From Tubiluchus corallicola (taxonomy: Eukaryota; Animalia; Priapulida), in the NCBI GenBank assembly GCA_030141605.1, contig JAQGDQ010000242.1, forward strand, positions 62,001 through 126,000: a DNA stretch of 64,000 nucleotides, read 5' to 3'. The notes under the pieces are model-generated. The model was given only the letters and a program-made list of their open reading frames with translations. It made no database searches and was not told where the DNA came from. Every line of letters begins with the position of its first letter. Positions within the stretch are counted from its first letter, which is position 1. Positions 1 through 11,300 of the stretch are shown piece after piece. The translations under genes and the position numbers were made by a program.

Positions 1-93
1 CTGCGTGCGTGTTAATTAGGTGTTAGGCTAATTGTTGCTATAAGTAGCTCTGATTGATAGTGTGCTATGAGGTGGAGCAGTGTATGACAAGTT

Positions 94-169
94 GGACCAG
101 TAGCTCAAAAGATATAGCATATGTCGGGTAAGCAGCAGGTTCTAGGTTCGAATCCTGGTTGGTTCACCA
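94..169 (+). pseudogene. tRNA-like sequence (degenerate tRNA-Thr-like pseudogene or tRNA-derived SINE head) in the GPAT intron
   Basis: Acceptor stem GGACCAG/TTGGTTC followed by A-CCA; A-box TAGCTCAA at 101; T-arm CTAGG-TTCGAAT-CCTGG (B-box); anticodon arm poorly paired, loop CGGGTAA lacks U33. Confidence 0.6.
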
Positions 170-246
170 TTTTCAGTGCCTTTTTCAGTTAATTAACTGT
201 CAGCTTTCAATTAATTAATTTCAATCAAAATTTATTGATTTTTCAG

Positions 247-1494
247 ATATTACTAAAGATTTTTGAATATGGACGAAATAAAATACGTAAAGCTGAAAAA
301 GCCAAAAGGAAAGAACGTATTTGTTCGGTCAGTTATGGACAGGATAGTGATGACGACACTTTAGACGTCATTCTCAGGGAATCTAAATTGTCTATAGAAG
401 GAACAAACATTCCTAAGAGTAGGTCATTCGAAACACTGCGTGATGAATTTAACCTTTTGGACCCTGCAGAGTTTTGCAAGTTAGGAGTGGAGGCCATCAT
501 AGATGACGAAGTTACAAAGTGCTTTGATACTGAAGAACTTAGATCGTGGAATCTTCTTACTAGGACTAATGCAAATTATCAATATATAAGTCTAAGATTG
601 AGCATGATATGGATAATAGGCTTCTTTTTCAGATATTTTTTCTTGTTGCCATTGCGTCTAATGCTAGCAGTGATTGGTACTTGTTGGATGCTTATAGCTA
701 CAGCCTTTATTGGACTGTTTCAAGAAGGACCCCGCAAAAGATGGCTGAATGAGAAAGCTAGCCTTACCGCATATAGGATATTGTCTCGTTCTTTTTCAGC
801 TACAATAACTTATCATGATGAGCAATACAAAGCTTTACCTGGCGGAATATGCGTTGCAAACCACACTTCCCCTTTCGACGTTGTGATTCTCTCTTGCAAT
901 AACAGCTATGCTATGGTTGGCCAGAATCATAATGGATTTTTCGGGCTCTTTCAAAAAGCGATGTCAAGGGCATCAAATTCCCACATTTGGTTTGATCGTT
1001 CAAAAGCCAAAGACCGAAATTATGTGCTCGAACGATTAAAAGAAAACATCGGAGATCCAACTAAAATGCCAATCCTGATATTTCCGGAAGGAACTTGCAT
1101 AAATAACACATCAGTTATGATGTTTAAAAAAGGCAGCTTTGAAGCAGCAACTACAGTCTTTCCAGCAGCGATAAAATACGATCCAAGATTTGGTGATCCA
1201 TTTTGGAACAGTAGTAAGCAAGGTATGATAGAATATATAATAATGATGATGACAAGTTGGGCCATTGTGTGTGATGTCTGGTTTTTGCCACCTATGCATA
1301 GAGAAGAGCAAGAAAGTGCGGCAGATTTTGCCAATAGAGTTAAAGGTGCAATTGCAAGAAAAGGCGGTTTAGTTGACTTGGTCTGGGACGGACAGTTAAA
1401 AAGAATAAAAGTGAAAGATTCTTGGAAAGCAGATCAGCAGTTGTTATATAGCCAGAGACTTAAGACTGACAGCCACAGAATTAAAACCGACTGA
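247..1494 (+). CDS. GPAT4: Glycerol-3-phosphate acyltransferase 3/4 (AGPAT9/AGPAT6 family), last coding exon; N-terminal exon lies upstream of the window
   Basis: Motifs SWNLLTRTN, CVANHTSPFD (HX4D), HIWFDRS, LIFPEGTCINNTSVMMFKKGSFE, DLVWDGQLKR; acceptor ttttcag at 240-246. The ORF-track TTG start is intronic. Confidence 0.93.
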   Translation: MLLKIFEYGRNKIRKAEKAKRKERICSVSYGQDSDDDTLDVILRESKLSIEGTNIPKSRSFETLRDEFNLLDPAEFCKLGVEAIIDDEVTKCFDTEELRSWNLLTRTNANYQYISLRLSMIWIIGFFFRYFFLLPLRLMLAVIGTCWMLIATAFIGLFQEGPRKRWLNEKASLTAYRILSRSFSATITYHDEQYKALPGGICVANHTSPFDVVILSCNNSYAMVGQNHNGFFGLFQKAMSRASNSHIWFDRSKAKDRNYVLERLKENIGDPTKMPILIFPEGTCINNTSVMMFKKGSFEAATTVFPAAIKYDPRFGDPFWNSSKQGMIEYIIMMMTSWAIVCDVWFLPPMHREEQESAADFANRVKGAIARKGGLVDLVWDGQLKRIKVKDSWKADQQLLYSQRLKTDSHRIKTD

Positions 1495-3432
1495 CTCACA
1501 ATTAGATTTCTCCAGCACATGAGATTTTTTAATTTTAATTTGCATTGTAATTGAAAATGCAAGTTAAAATCCGTATGGTTATTATGTGTATGATTACAAT
1601 AACTATAATTACGTGTGGTTGTTATATGTCAACATGCAAGCATATTGCTTACAGTATTAATGTATAGAAGTTGCCAAGAAGTGTTTTTGCCATTTTATAA
1701 TGATATCAATTAGCAAAAACCAAAGTAGCTTGTGTGCTGTTTTTGATACGCAATGTACCATGAGGAATGTTAGGAAGAACTCTCGATAAATAGTCTGATA
1801 TCAGCTCTACTTTCTAGAAATGGAAGTATTAACCTGACTCAAACTAGCATAATAGATATTAGGCCTTGTAGTTGTATAGGCCTACTTTGTTTTCTTGTCG
1901 ATAGTAACTAGACACCATATTTGTCAATAGCTTTCACGTTTTTATCAATTATTGGTAGATACAGCAATAGAAACTTTAAGCTGCCCATGTAGTTAAATTG
2001 CACATGTTGTTGTAAATTTTTTCAAGTGGACAGAGAATGATAATCTTTTTGTGTCACATTTTTATAACGAGATTGCTTTACAATGATTATCATCCAGAAA
2101 TTACTGTACTTATTTACTTTGCCAAGAAAGTTATGCTTTCATTGTTGTTTGTTTGCCTGTTAGTTTACTAACACTTCACTGATTTATGTTTCTTTTTTTG
2201 TATCTGCTAATATGTGATATAAAAGTCTCACAACTCTCGGGAAAAACTCCCCAGCAATGTCTCTTGCAATTTAGAACATTCTTTAACCTTGCTTGAAATG
2301 CCTAAAATTAATGTTGACCGAGTTGAAATGCTCATTTGACGACCAGTTTTTGTTTAGTTTAGTAGATATTTTATTTTCGCGCAACTTATTACTGAATTGT
2401 ATAAAAGTATATTGCATACGTTGCTATTGATGCACACTGAATGCTCAACGAAGTTTTTTCCATTTGCCATTTACACACATTTGTCACTCATCAATAAGAT
2501 CTGAAATGCTTTTCTTTAGTAACTTATATCCTGTGTTATTAAATTTTTATACATTCCACATTTGTTGTTCTGTTTGTACATGTATATCTCTTATGTGCTT
2601 TTGTTATATTTAATATTATTTTACGAGTGTTATCGCCCTTTTTTGCTAAAATAGTGTGAAAATCTTTAAATTATTATATGGGCCAGTAAAGTACATGCAG
2701 TAATGTAAACTGTTAGCAAAAATGTTAAATAAATTCTTTTGTCTGTCTTAACCTTTATGCAAGTATAGTGTATTTAATTGTTCAAACAGCGGTTAAATTA
2801 ATATTGATGAATGGGATTTAGAACTTGCAAAAGTGTTGTGCAAAAATGGACTGACTTTGTCAGTGTGACTTTTCATTGCATTAGCCAGTTACAGTAACCG
2901 ACCTATGATGTAGGTGTTGCTGTGAAATTCAGGCTCTTGTCATGCAGTTACTAGGGTGGAAAAATGGATACATTTGTTTCCCTCAATCTGCTATTTCACT
3001 AAGCTGCACTAAACTGTGTGAAGAAATTAGTAGTACAGCACCCATTGTTGCTCGCGCTGATATAAAAGGGTTTTAGGCACCGGACGGATTGATGAAATAT
3101 TCCAGTGTTTCCAATACTGCTATACCATTTTATATGATGGCCATGACTGTAGCATAACAGCACTCAGTAATTAATTGTTATTTTGTTCCGTACCATTCTA
3201 ATGTAAGTTCTAGTCAGCATCATCATTAATAATAATTTTTTACATCTTTTATACACAATGAGCAGGCAGAATTCTAAAATTACAGAAATCTTCCTTAAGG
3301 CAGGCAAACACAACAATTAATTTTGCAAAAGCTAGACACTCTTGTGCCAATAGCTTCAATGTCAGACCACGTCAGTGTAAATTCTTGTTTTCTTCAATAT
3401 AATTCTTGTTAATGCAGTGAAAATTTTTATGC

Positions 3433-3438
3433 AATAAA
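3433..3438 (+). terminator. Candidate poly(A) signal of GPAT (alternative AATAAA near 2728)
   Basis: AATAAA at the end of a roughly 2 kb U-rich UTR-like tract. Confidence 0.45.
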
Positions 3439-3683
3439 TTGAAATTGTACTGAAAGTGAATGTAATCAAGATCGTTACTTTTGCAAGCGACGAGCACGAT
3501 GCCGATGATCAAAAGCCGCTTGTTGAGTGTTTTATTATAAAATATCTAGATTAAAAATTTATTGTTGTCTTTTATGATTGTGGCTGGCTGGTCTATTTAA
3601 AGTGTTCATGTTTTATCAAATTCAGTAGCTTTGTTCAGTTGACGGCTATTTTTGGATATAAAAAAAGTATGTTACAAATACAC

Positions 3684-5597
3684 ATGGCAGCAGTTAGTCA
3701 GATTTTACGTTCCCCAGGGCGTGCATCGATTTTTCTGCAGAATAGGGTTTCATTTTTGCGGAAATATTGTAATGTGCCACAAAAGCGACCAGGTGTTACT
3801 TTGAATGATATGCCTGTGCCAAAAGCAAATTGGCATGCAGTTTACACTCAGAAGCAGATGAAATACAATTTACAATTAATAGGTTCGCTTGCTGTCTTTG
3901 GTGCAACATTAACCTATATTTGGAAAAATGAAATTATATATTTGAATTCAGCTCCACCAATGACAAATCCTCCAGTCTGGGAAAAGGGTGTAGTCACTGC
4001 TAGAGATGTTGAAGAACCTTCAGAAGTTTCTGCCACTGAGGCTCCTGACTTGGCGACTTCAACTCAACAATCAGAAAAGGTTGCACAGGAAAGTAGTGCC
4101 ACACCAGTTGTATCTGCACCAGATTCAGCAAACTTAACTGACATACCAGCATATGCAGAATATCTTCTAATAGGAGCTGGAACGGCTTCATTTGCTGCAT
4201 TTCGTGCCATCAAGTCTGCAAATCCTAAAGCAAAAGTGCTAGTAGTCGGTGATGAACCCTACTATCCATACATGCGACCACCTCTCTCCAAAGAGTTATG
4301 GTTTAGCGACGATCCTGCAGCGCCTCAAAAACTCAGGTTTAAACAATGGAACGGTAAAGAAAGAAGCCTATTTTTTGAACCGGATGCATTTTATTGTGAA
4401 CCAAGGAATTTGCCTCTTCAAGAAGATGGAGGTGTTGCTGTTGTTCGTGGAAAGAAAGTTGTTCGTATCGATGTGTACAAGAAAAAAGTTATACTGGACA
4501 ACAATTTCGAAATTACTTATGATAAACTTCTTGTAGCTACTGGTGGAAAGCCACGGAACCTTAAGATTGTGGCAAGAGCGCCAGACAACGTGAAGCAAAA
4601 AGTTACATTATTTAGAGGCATTGATGACTACAGATCTTTGGACAAAATTACTAAGGCATCAAAGACGATAGCAATAATTGGTGGCGGCTTTCTTGGTAGT
4701 GAATTAGCTTGTGCACTTGGCAAACAAGGGCATGATAAAAGTTTAAAAATTGTGCAAATTTTTCCAGAGTCGGGTAATATGGGAAAAATTTTGCCAGATT
4801 ACCTGAGCTCATGGACAATGGAAAAAGTTAGAAAGGAAGGTGTGGAAGTGATGCCTGACACAGTCTTGAGAGGCGTAAAGCTAAGTGAAAACGGACAGGT
4901 TTGCTTGCGGTTGAATAAAAATAGAGAAGTGATAGCTGACCATTTGGTTATTGCTGTTGGCATAGAACCCAATGTGGAACTTGGAGTATCATCTGGGCTG
5001 GAGGTTGATCAAACACATGGAGGTTTCAAAGTTAATGCAGAGTTAGAAGCTAGGTCTAATGTATGGGTGGCTGGTGATGCAGCTTGCTTTTACGACATTA
5101 AACTTGGTAGAAGGCGGGTAGAACATCATGACCATGCTGTGGTCAGTGGGCGACTTGCAGGAGAAAACATGACCGGTGCGAGAAAACCATATTGGCACCA
5201 GTCTATGTTTTGGTCTGATCTTGGTCCAGATGTTGGATATGAAGCCATAGGAATTGTAGATTCGTTGTTACCGACTGTTGGTGTTTTTGCCAAGGCGACG
5301 GATAAAGACACTCCTAGAGGTGCTGTTGAAGCCAGCGGTGAAGCAGTACGATCGGAATCAGAAGAACACGCAAAACCAATAAAACCGGCTCAGAATTTAC
5401 CAGACTTACCAAAAGAAGGTGAAGATTACGGGAAAGGTGTGATATTTTATATGAAGGACAAAACTGTAGTTGGCATTGTGCTATGGAACGTATTTAATCG
5501 AATGCCTATTGCGAGAAGAATATTGAAAGAAGGAAAAGAGCAAGAAGATCTTGGCGAATTGGCAAAACTGTTTAACCTCCATGCTGACGATGATTGA
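3684..5597 (+). CDS. AIFM1: Apoptosis-inducing factor 1, mitochondrial (FAD/NADH oxidoreductase), single coding exon; alternative ATG at 3669
   Basis: [98 protein letters not shown]; Arg-rich, acid-free presequence; context cacATGG. Confidence 0.95.
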   Translation: MAAVSQILRSPGRASIFLQNRVSFLRKYCNVPQKRPGVTLNDMPVPKANWHAVYTQKQMKYNLQLIGSLAVFGATLTYIWKNEIIYLNSAPPMTNPPVWEKGVVTARDVEEPSEVSATEAPDLATSTQQSEKVAQESSATPVVSAPDSANLTDIPAYAEYLLIGAGTASFAAFRAIKSANPKAKVLVVGDEPYYPYMRPPLSKELWFSDDPAAPQKLRFKQWNGKERSLFFEPDAFYCEPRNLPLQEDGGVAVVRGKKVVRIDVYKKKVILDNNFEITYDKLLVATGGKPRNLKIVARAPDNVKQKVTLFRGIDDYRSLDKITKASKTIAIIGGGFLGSELACALGKQGHDKSLKIVQIFPESGNMGKILPDYLSSWTMEKVRKEGVEVMPDTVLRGVKLSENGQVCLRLNKNREVIADHLVIAVGIEPNVELGVSSGLEVDQTHGGFKVNAELEARSNVWVAGDAACFYDIKLGRRRVEHHDHAVVSGRLAGENMTGARKPYWHQSMFWSDLGPDVGYEAIGIVDSLLPTVGVFAKATDKDTPRGAVEASGEAVRSESEEHAKPIKPAQNLPDLPKEGEDYGKGVIFYMKDKTVVGIVLWNVFNRMPIARRILKEGKEQEDLGELAKLFNLHADDD

Positions 5598-6440
5598 TGA
5601 TAAATTAAAATGTATAGAAATTATTTTATGATTTGTTAATACAAGTTAAAAACTCAAACATTCTATGATGCTAGTGATTGGATTGTGTGCTGATCAACTT
5701 CCTGTTGTTGCTCGACAGTTAATTATCCTATGATTGTTAAACTACTACATCTATTACTTGCAGTGACTGCAATATGTTTATAGCTAACCATGTACTGCCC
5801 GGGGTGCTAACTGTATAAAGATTATTTTTTAATTAGTGGATGTTTGAAAGTTAAAATTATGGAGAGTTAAAATTGCATCACTATGTACTTACCAGTTTTA
5901 CTGAAAATTATCGTAACAAACTTCGTTGACCGTGTCTTGAATTTGCCGTCGATTTTTCTCAAGTTTGAAATTAGTTGAAAAATTAAAATGGTTTACAACT
6001 AGATACCTGGTACACAATAAGTGTTTGTGTGTGAATTAAACCAACTTGTTAATGTTTCCTATAGTCATTTTGTTATTTATATAATTGTTGGTCTCTAGAT
6101 GACCAGCTGTTTGTTTATTGTTCATGTGTCATCTAAGTAAGATTATCAGCAGTACATTTACCAAGTTGGGTGTTGCATCAATTTTTGCTATTCGTTTCTG
6201 AAAATTTTTTGGCTAAAGCCATGTCGAAGCATTTTTACTGTTTTTGTAGCGTATTATAGGCAGCCTCATCATTCTGTAGAATTTCACGAGGTGAATTCTC
6301 AACTTTTTTGCATACTGTATTTGTATTCCAATTTAAAAGTTACACATAGCTGTTTTGAGAAAGAAATTTAGAGGACTGAAAGCAGTTATTGTGTGGACAG
6401 ATAAGTGAAAAAGAAACTAAAGCAACTGAAGAAATCTAAT

Positions 6441-6456
6441 AATAAAGTATTTTATT
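6441..6456. terminator. Back-to-back poly(A) signals for AIF (+) and dystrophin (-)
   Basis: AATAAA-gtat-TTTATT; strand composition flips from T-rich to A-rich at this point. Confidence 0.6.
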
Positions 6457-8168
6457 AATCAAATATATAAAACCTAATAATCCAGCATAATTCTTAATAT
6501 TATCATGAATTGACTATGATTTTAGTTTTGATTACAAAAGTACCATAAACAAACATGTTAGAATTCAAAATCAGCACAGCTTAAAACAGAGGCAAATATT
6601 ACTTGATTCAGTGTTATTGTTTAATTAGGACTACACATTGTTCTAACTGGCATTATAATGTACATAAAACAACCTGACCAAATTTATTTCACCTATAAAT
6701 ACAAGTACACAATTACAACGGACACGTATAGACAGCATAGTCATAGAAAATACAACCTGTTTTGCATACAACCTATGTGATGTGGTTTCACTACTGGCAA
6801 TCCTTAAACATTTCGGGTTACAAATCGTGTAGAAATGTAAAAACTTAGGTAATAACAGAGTAAAAATATGGACCAGAATAATTAAATTATAGTAACTGGC
6901 AGGGATACACAAATCCTAAATCTTAAGAAATAAAAATGTTGCTAAAGAAAGAGTTCTGAATGATTGTACTTTAGGTATTAAAACTTCAAAATGGAGCATG
7001 ACAAACACGGTAGCAAATGCTACGAAATTAAAAGAAAGGACCACAGCCCATTGATACGAAATTGGGGAAAATGTTGCACTTGCATTTTAGATACTCACAA
7101 CCAATAAATGTGAACATTTGTTTTGTTAAAATACGTACAGTAAAAAAGCTATAGGCAAAATAAAAATTACAGTCATCACTAAACAGTCACAAGACGTCGT
7201 AATAAAACAATGATAAAACTGTTTAATACAACAATGAATGTTACAACAAAAAACAAAAGTATCACACGAGTGTAACTTATACGAATAAACGGACAATACA
7301 ACACTAGCATCTAACGGTCTAACACCTTTTCTTTAGTAAGTCATCTAAGCATCAGTTATCGTATAATTAGAGCCGACTTAGCACCTTGAACATGTGAACA
7401 AATGTTGCTAATGATACAAAGACTGCAGAACCAAACAACTCGTTGCAGCCGTTTTAAGAAATTCGCATATTCAAAGCTATACCGCGTTTTTATATTATCA
7501 AGACTTGAAAACCAGCAAAATAAGTGTTTAAAGTGGTGAGATGGAAGACAAATTAATACTGCAGAATAGTGGCACTTCTTTTACCCTTCCCCCTTCCCGC
7601 GCTTCATGTTAAGCAAAATGACGAATGACACAAGTTTGTGCTTGATGACAAAATGTGTAAAAAAATTTCAATGTCACAACCATTCAGGATGTTAAGAAAA
7701 TGTCAAGCCTTCCTTGTAATCACAGAAGTTAAAATGGCTATAACAGCAATAAGAAGAAGAACTTTAGTTACCGAGTAAAATGTTTTTCAGTCGCAAGCTT
7801 TTCATTCTTGAATAACAACACTGCTTTTGTATTTGAAGCTCCAAAAAGAAACTTGTAAAAAAATAAAATACTGACCTTAAAAACGGTTTACTTACAAAGG
7901 CCAATTTACATTAATCTTGTCACAGTAGACCTTTCTACCGTCACAAGACATTTAAAATCTGCAAAACTATGAAGTTACAAAGAAAATCTTACAGGAGACA
8001 TGAAAGTACAGCTATATTTTAGCTTTCGTTTGAGGATGAACGTGTAACACAGGAGTCTAGAACAAAGATGAGAGAAGCTTTAACGGATACGGCACTCCCA
8101 GCTACTTCGATTGAACATTTGACAGAGTTGCAAAACTACATAAACATATCTCCCTGGCTAATATGCAC

Positions 8169-8314
8169 TCATTTATGTACTGAAGCGGAGTGTATGGCAG
8201 CTTCTTCATCGGAAGGCGTACGTTCATCATCGGTCATGACAGTAACCAGAGTGCCTACAGCTTTACCTACGTGTCCTGCCTCCTTGAAAAGTTCACCGAC
8301 ATTTTTTGAGCCAC
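8169..8314 (-). CDS. DMD: Dystrophin terminal coding exon
   Basis: tttttcttag|[33 protein letters not shown]; followed by about 1.7 kb 3'UTR. Confidence 0.88.
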
Positions 8315-11300
8315 CTAAGAAAAACAAAGAGCCATTACAAAAATCAAATTGTTTTGTTTTTACTGTAGCGATGTGCAGCATTTTAAAGGAAAATACACAA
8401 AGGTTAGTAGAAACATTAGCGAGGTCCCGCAAAATGTCTGGGATGAAAATCGATTAGACTTAATTTAAACAGGTCATTGCTGTTGTTAACGTCTTCGGTA
8501 TGTTAATATTGACTGCAGCAACACCAATATGAGTATTGCAACAGCTTGAATGTGCTTAAAGAATAATTTCATAGGCTGCTAGAATAAAGATAAAGGTAGT
8601 AACAATGAAGGCTTGCGTTTTTCAGTAATACGCTACTGCACTATTTATACCGATTTTTGGCTTCCCGTGACACAAATACCCAGTAAAGTATCAATAGGAA
8701 AATGCACACAGGAAGCCAATTTTGGCTTTAGTAGATGCAAGGCAGTATCAACAACATTGAATTAACACAATGAGTTCTAGGATGCATCAACAACTATTGA
8801 TTTTTTGAGTGAGACACCATTTGGAAAACAATCCCCATTTACATTGTTAATTACCTAAAACCTATGGAAAGTTGGGTTCATCCAAGGATGGTTTCACTTG
8901 AGACAGTGTTCTGGTAAAATGCATTATTGTTTTTAAAGGACGGCTTGTTGTACCACAAAATGATAATAATGAATTAGTCATGTGAGAAATTTGAAGTGTC
9001 AAATTAGCCATAGAACAAGTTAGTCACGCTTACCTTTCCTATCTTGCTGACCTAGATGATCTTCAAATTCTTGTAACATTTCATCTAATTGACTATCCTC
9101 TCTACTTCTATCTAACGAGTTTGTACCTGGAAAATTTAGAATTTCTTAATGATGTGGCTATCGGTAATATTTTCAGTGTTATTAACAACAAGTAAATAAA
9201 GACGTGATCAAACTACATGCACTCAACGTGTGACATTACTATAGCATTTGACGTGGAAATGGAATGCTACATCCTCAGATTTAGAATAAGGGCTTCTGAT
9301 TATCTTAGAATTCCCCTTTCATTTCGAATTTAAACGTGTTTTGTCAATCTCTCGTCTGAATGCTGATGTCACTGCATTTTACATTCCTTCAAAACTGTCT
9401 AGTTTTGAAGGCAATATTATTTACTGGACATTGATTATGTTTGTTGATTCAATTTATTTGTTAATGTTTCAATTCACACAAGAGTTAATGTGTCTTAGCG
9501 TAAAATGTCAAAAAGCACGAGTTAACTCAAACCTGTCAAACCTGTCAAATTAGAATTTCTGTTCTAATAAATAAAACATGCCATGTTAACATGTAAAGAC
9601 AAATGACTCATCAACAAATGTTCATACCATTCATGTGAGCGGAAGCTGTACTAGAAACTGACGCAGTGGTGGAACGGTGATACCGGGCATCCCCGCTAGC
9701 CACGCTCGACGCTGGTGTGATGTACGGAGAGTTGCGGCTGCTTATGTTTAAGCTTGTGTCAGCTCCTTTCTGCTGCTGGTAATTAGAATAATCATGTTAG
9801 GTAACACTTCTTAAATGCAACTTAAACGTGACAGAAATCTGTTTACAACACTACTACTAAATACAAAAATGATTACTTGGAGAAAAGCAATGAAAAACTA
9901 CCTTGAACGGCATTGTGCAAAGCTAATAAAAAATTCACTTATTTGTAGGTTTGACAAATATAATTTCTTGTCTTTTCTAAATATATAGTGGCTACGTTTC
10001 CACCTTCAAACAATGCTGACCTTGTGTTTAATAAAATCAAAACTAGATTTCACTAGCATTATTACTTAAAGATGGTTACATAAATGAACAGGAGTCTCCA
10101 TACAGTAATAGTTACCTCTTCTGCCAGCAGCTGGCGAAGCCGATGCAGCTGTGCTTCTAACTGTCGATTGTGGTCCTCGAGTATCTGCATTCTAGCCTCC
10201 AGACGACCTTTGTGTTGCCTCAACAGTCGGGCCTCGGCCACCATGTCTGCATCTTTACCAGTTGGCTGTGAGTCTCCATCTAAAACGTTGTGAGTGAAAT
10301 CTTGGGGCTTTCGAGACTTTAACCGATCGTATTCTGCTTGAAGTTGCCTAGAAAATCAAACTTTATGATTATTTCTTAACCCAGAATCTTTACTGACAAC
10401 ATTTCAATGTTGACGAACCTGTTTATTACTCAGAGCAAATGCTAGAAATTTCAAATTATACGCCGACAGTTTAGCAATAATATGATTCCAGCGACTTCCA
10501 CTTGTAAGTACTGTTTTTAGAATAAGCTGCCACTGCGCACCAAAGACGAATGTCAGGCAAATGGCACTAAAGAGTTCACACAAAATTGTTTCTTTTTTTA
10601 GATCCCACACTAGTCAATGATGCACTATAACTTAGCAGTCCACACTACAGGTATGTACACTCAAACCGAGCTATAATGCCCTCCCCCTTTTATAATGCCA
10701 GCCTTGCTTAATGCCCAAATTTTTGGTAAAACAAGTATCTATATGTGCACAAACATGTATGTGTTAATGCAACTCATTATAATGCCAAACTCGTTTAATG
10801 CCAATTTTTTTTTGGAGTCCCAAAATAAGCGGTCTCAAGAGGTTTGACAGTTTTATGTACGCTAGCTTAAACGTTTATGTGCCACTCTATGATGACACCA
10901 GTTGCTCACGTGTATTCACTCAATTCACTCATGCTCATGCATATACCAACTTTTATGCCAAAGTATATGTTACAGGTTACAAGTACATGATAGGGCTCTA
11001 CACAAACAGAAAATCTCAAGTGATCACGTTAGGAAGAAACTTTTAAATTACAAAGTGTTGTGCTACACACAAAAAAATTAAGTACTGCCATTAAAATGAG
11101 TTTCAAAATAGCTTATTGTCATTAATAGAATTCACAGATGCGGTTCGCATCTGTAGCGTGTTACGACATGCTACAAAAATGCACAAAGAATGTAACTCAC
11201 CGATTTTCCTGCTCCAGTTCCTTTATCATTTGTTCCATTTCTTGCTGCTGTTCGGCATCTATCGCCTGCATGATCTGCGCTGGGCTCCGTGGCTGAAACA

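Noticed and set aside
235-246. TTG start for GPAT (likewise TTG starts at 3639 and 31885, and ATG 33518)
   Set aside because: ORF-finder starts at or upstream of splice acceptors, not real initiators.
1492-1500. Stop-codon readthrough at GPAT TGA-CTC
   Set aside because: Not the TGA-CTAG motif; extension is featureless and would mask the KTD end.
1020-5311. Small overlapping or antisense ORFs within GPAT and AIF (also 33841-34423 in tubulin)
   Set aside because: Shadow frames of real coding sequence with no recognisable motifs.
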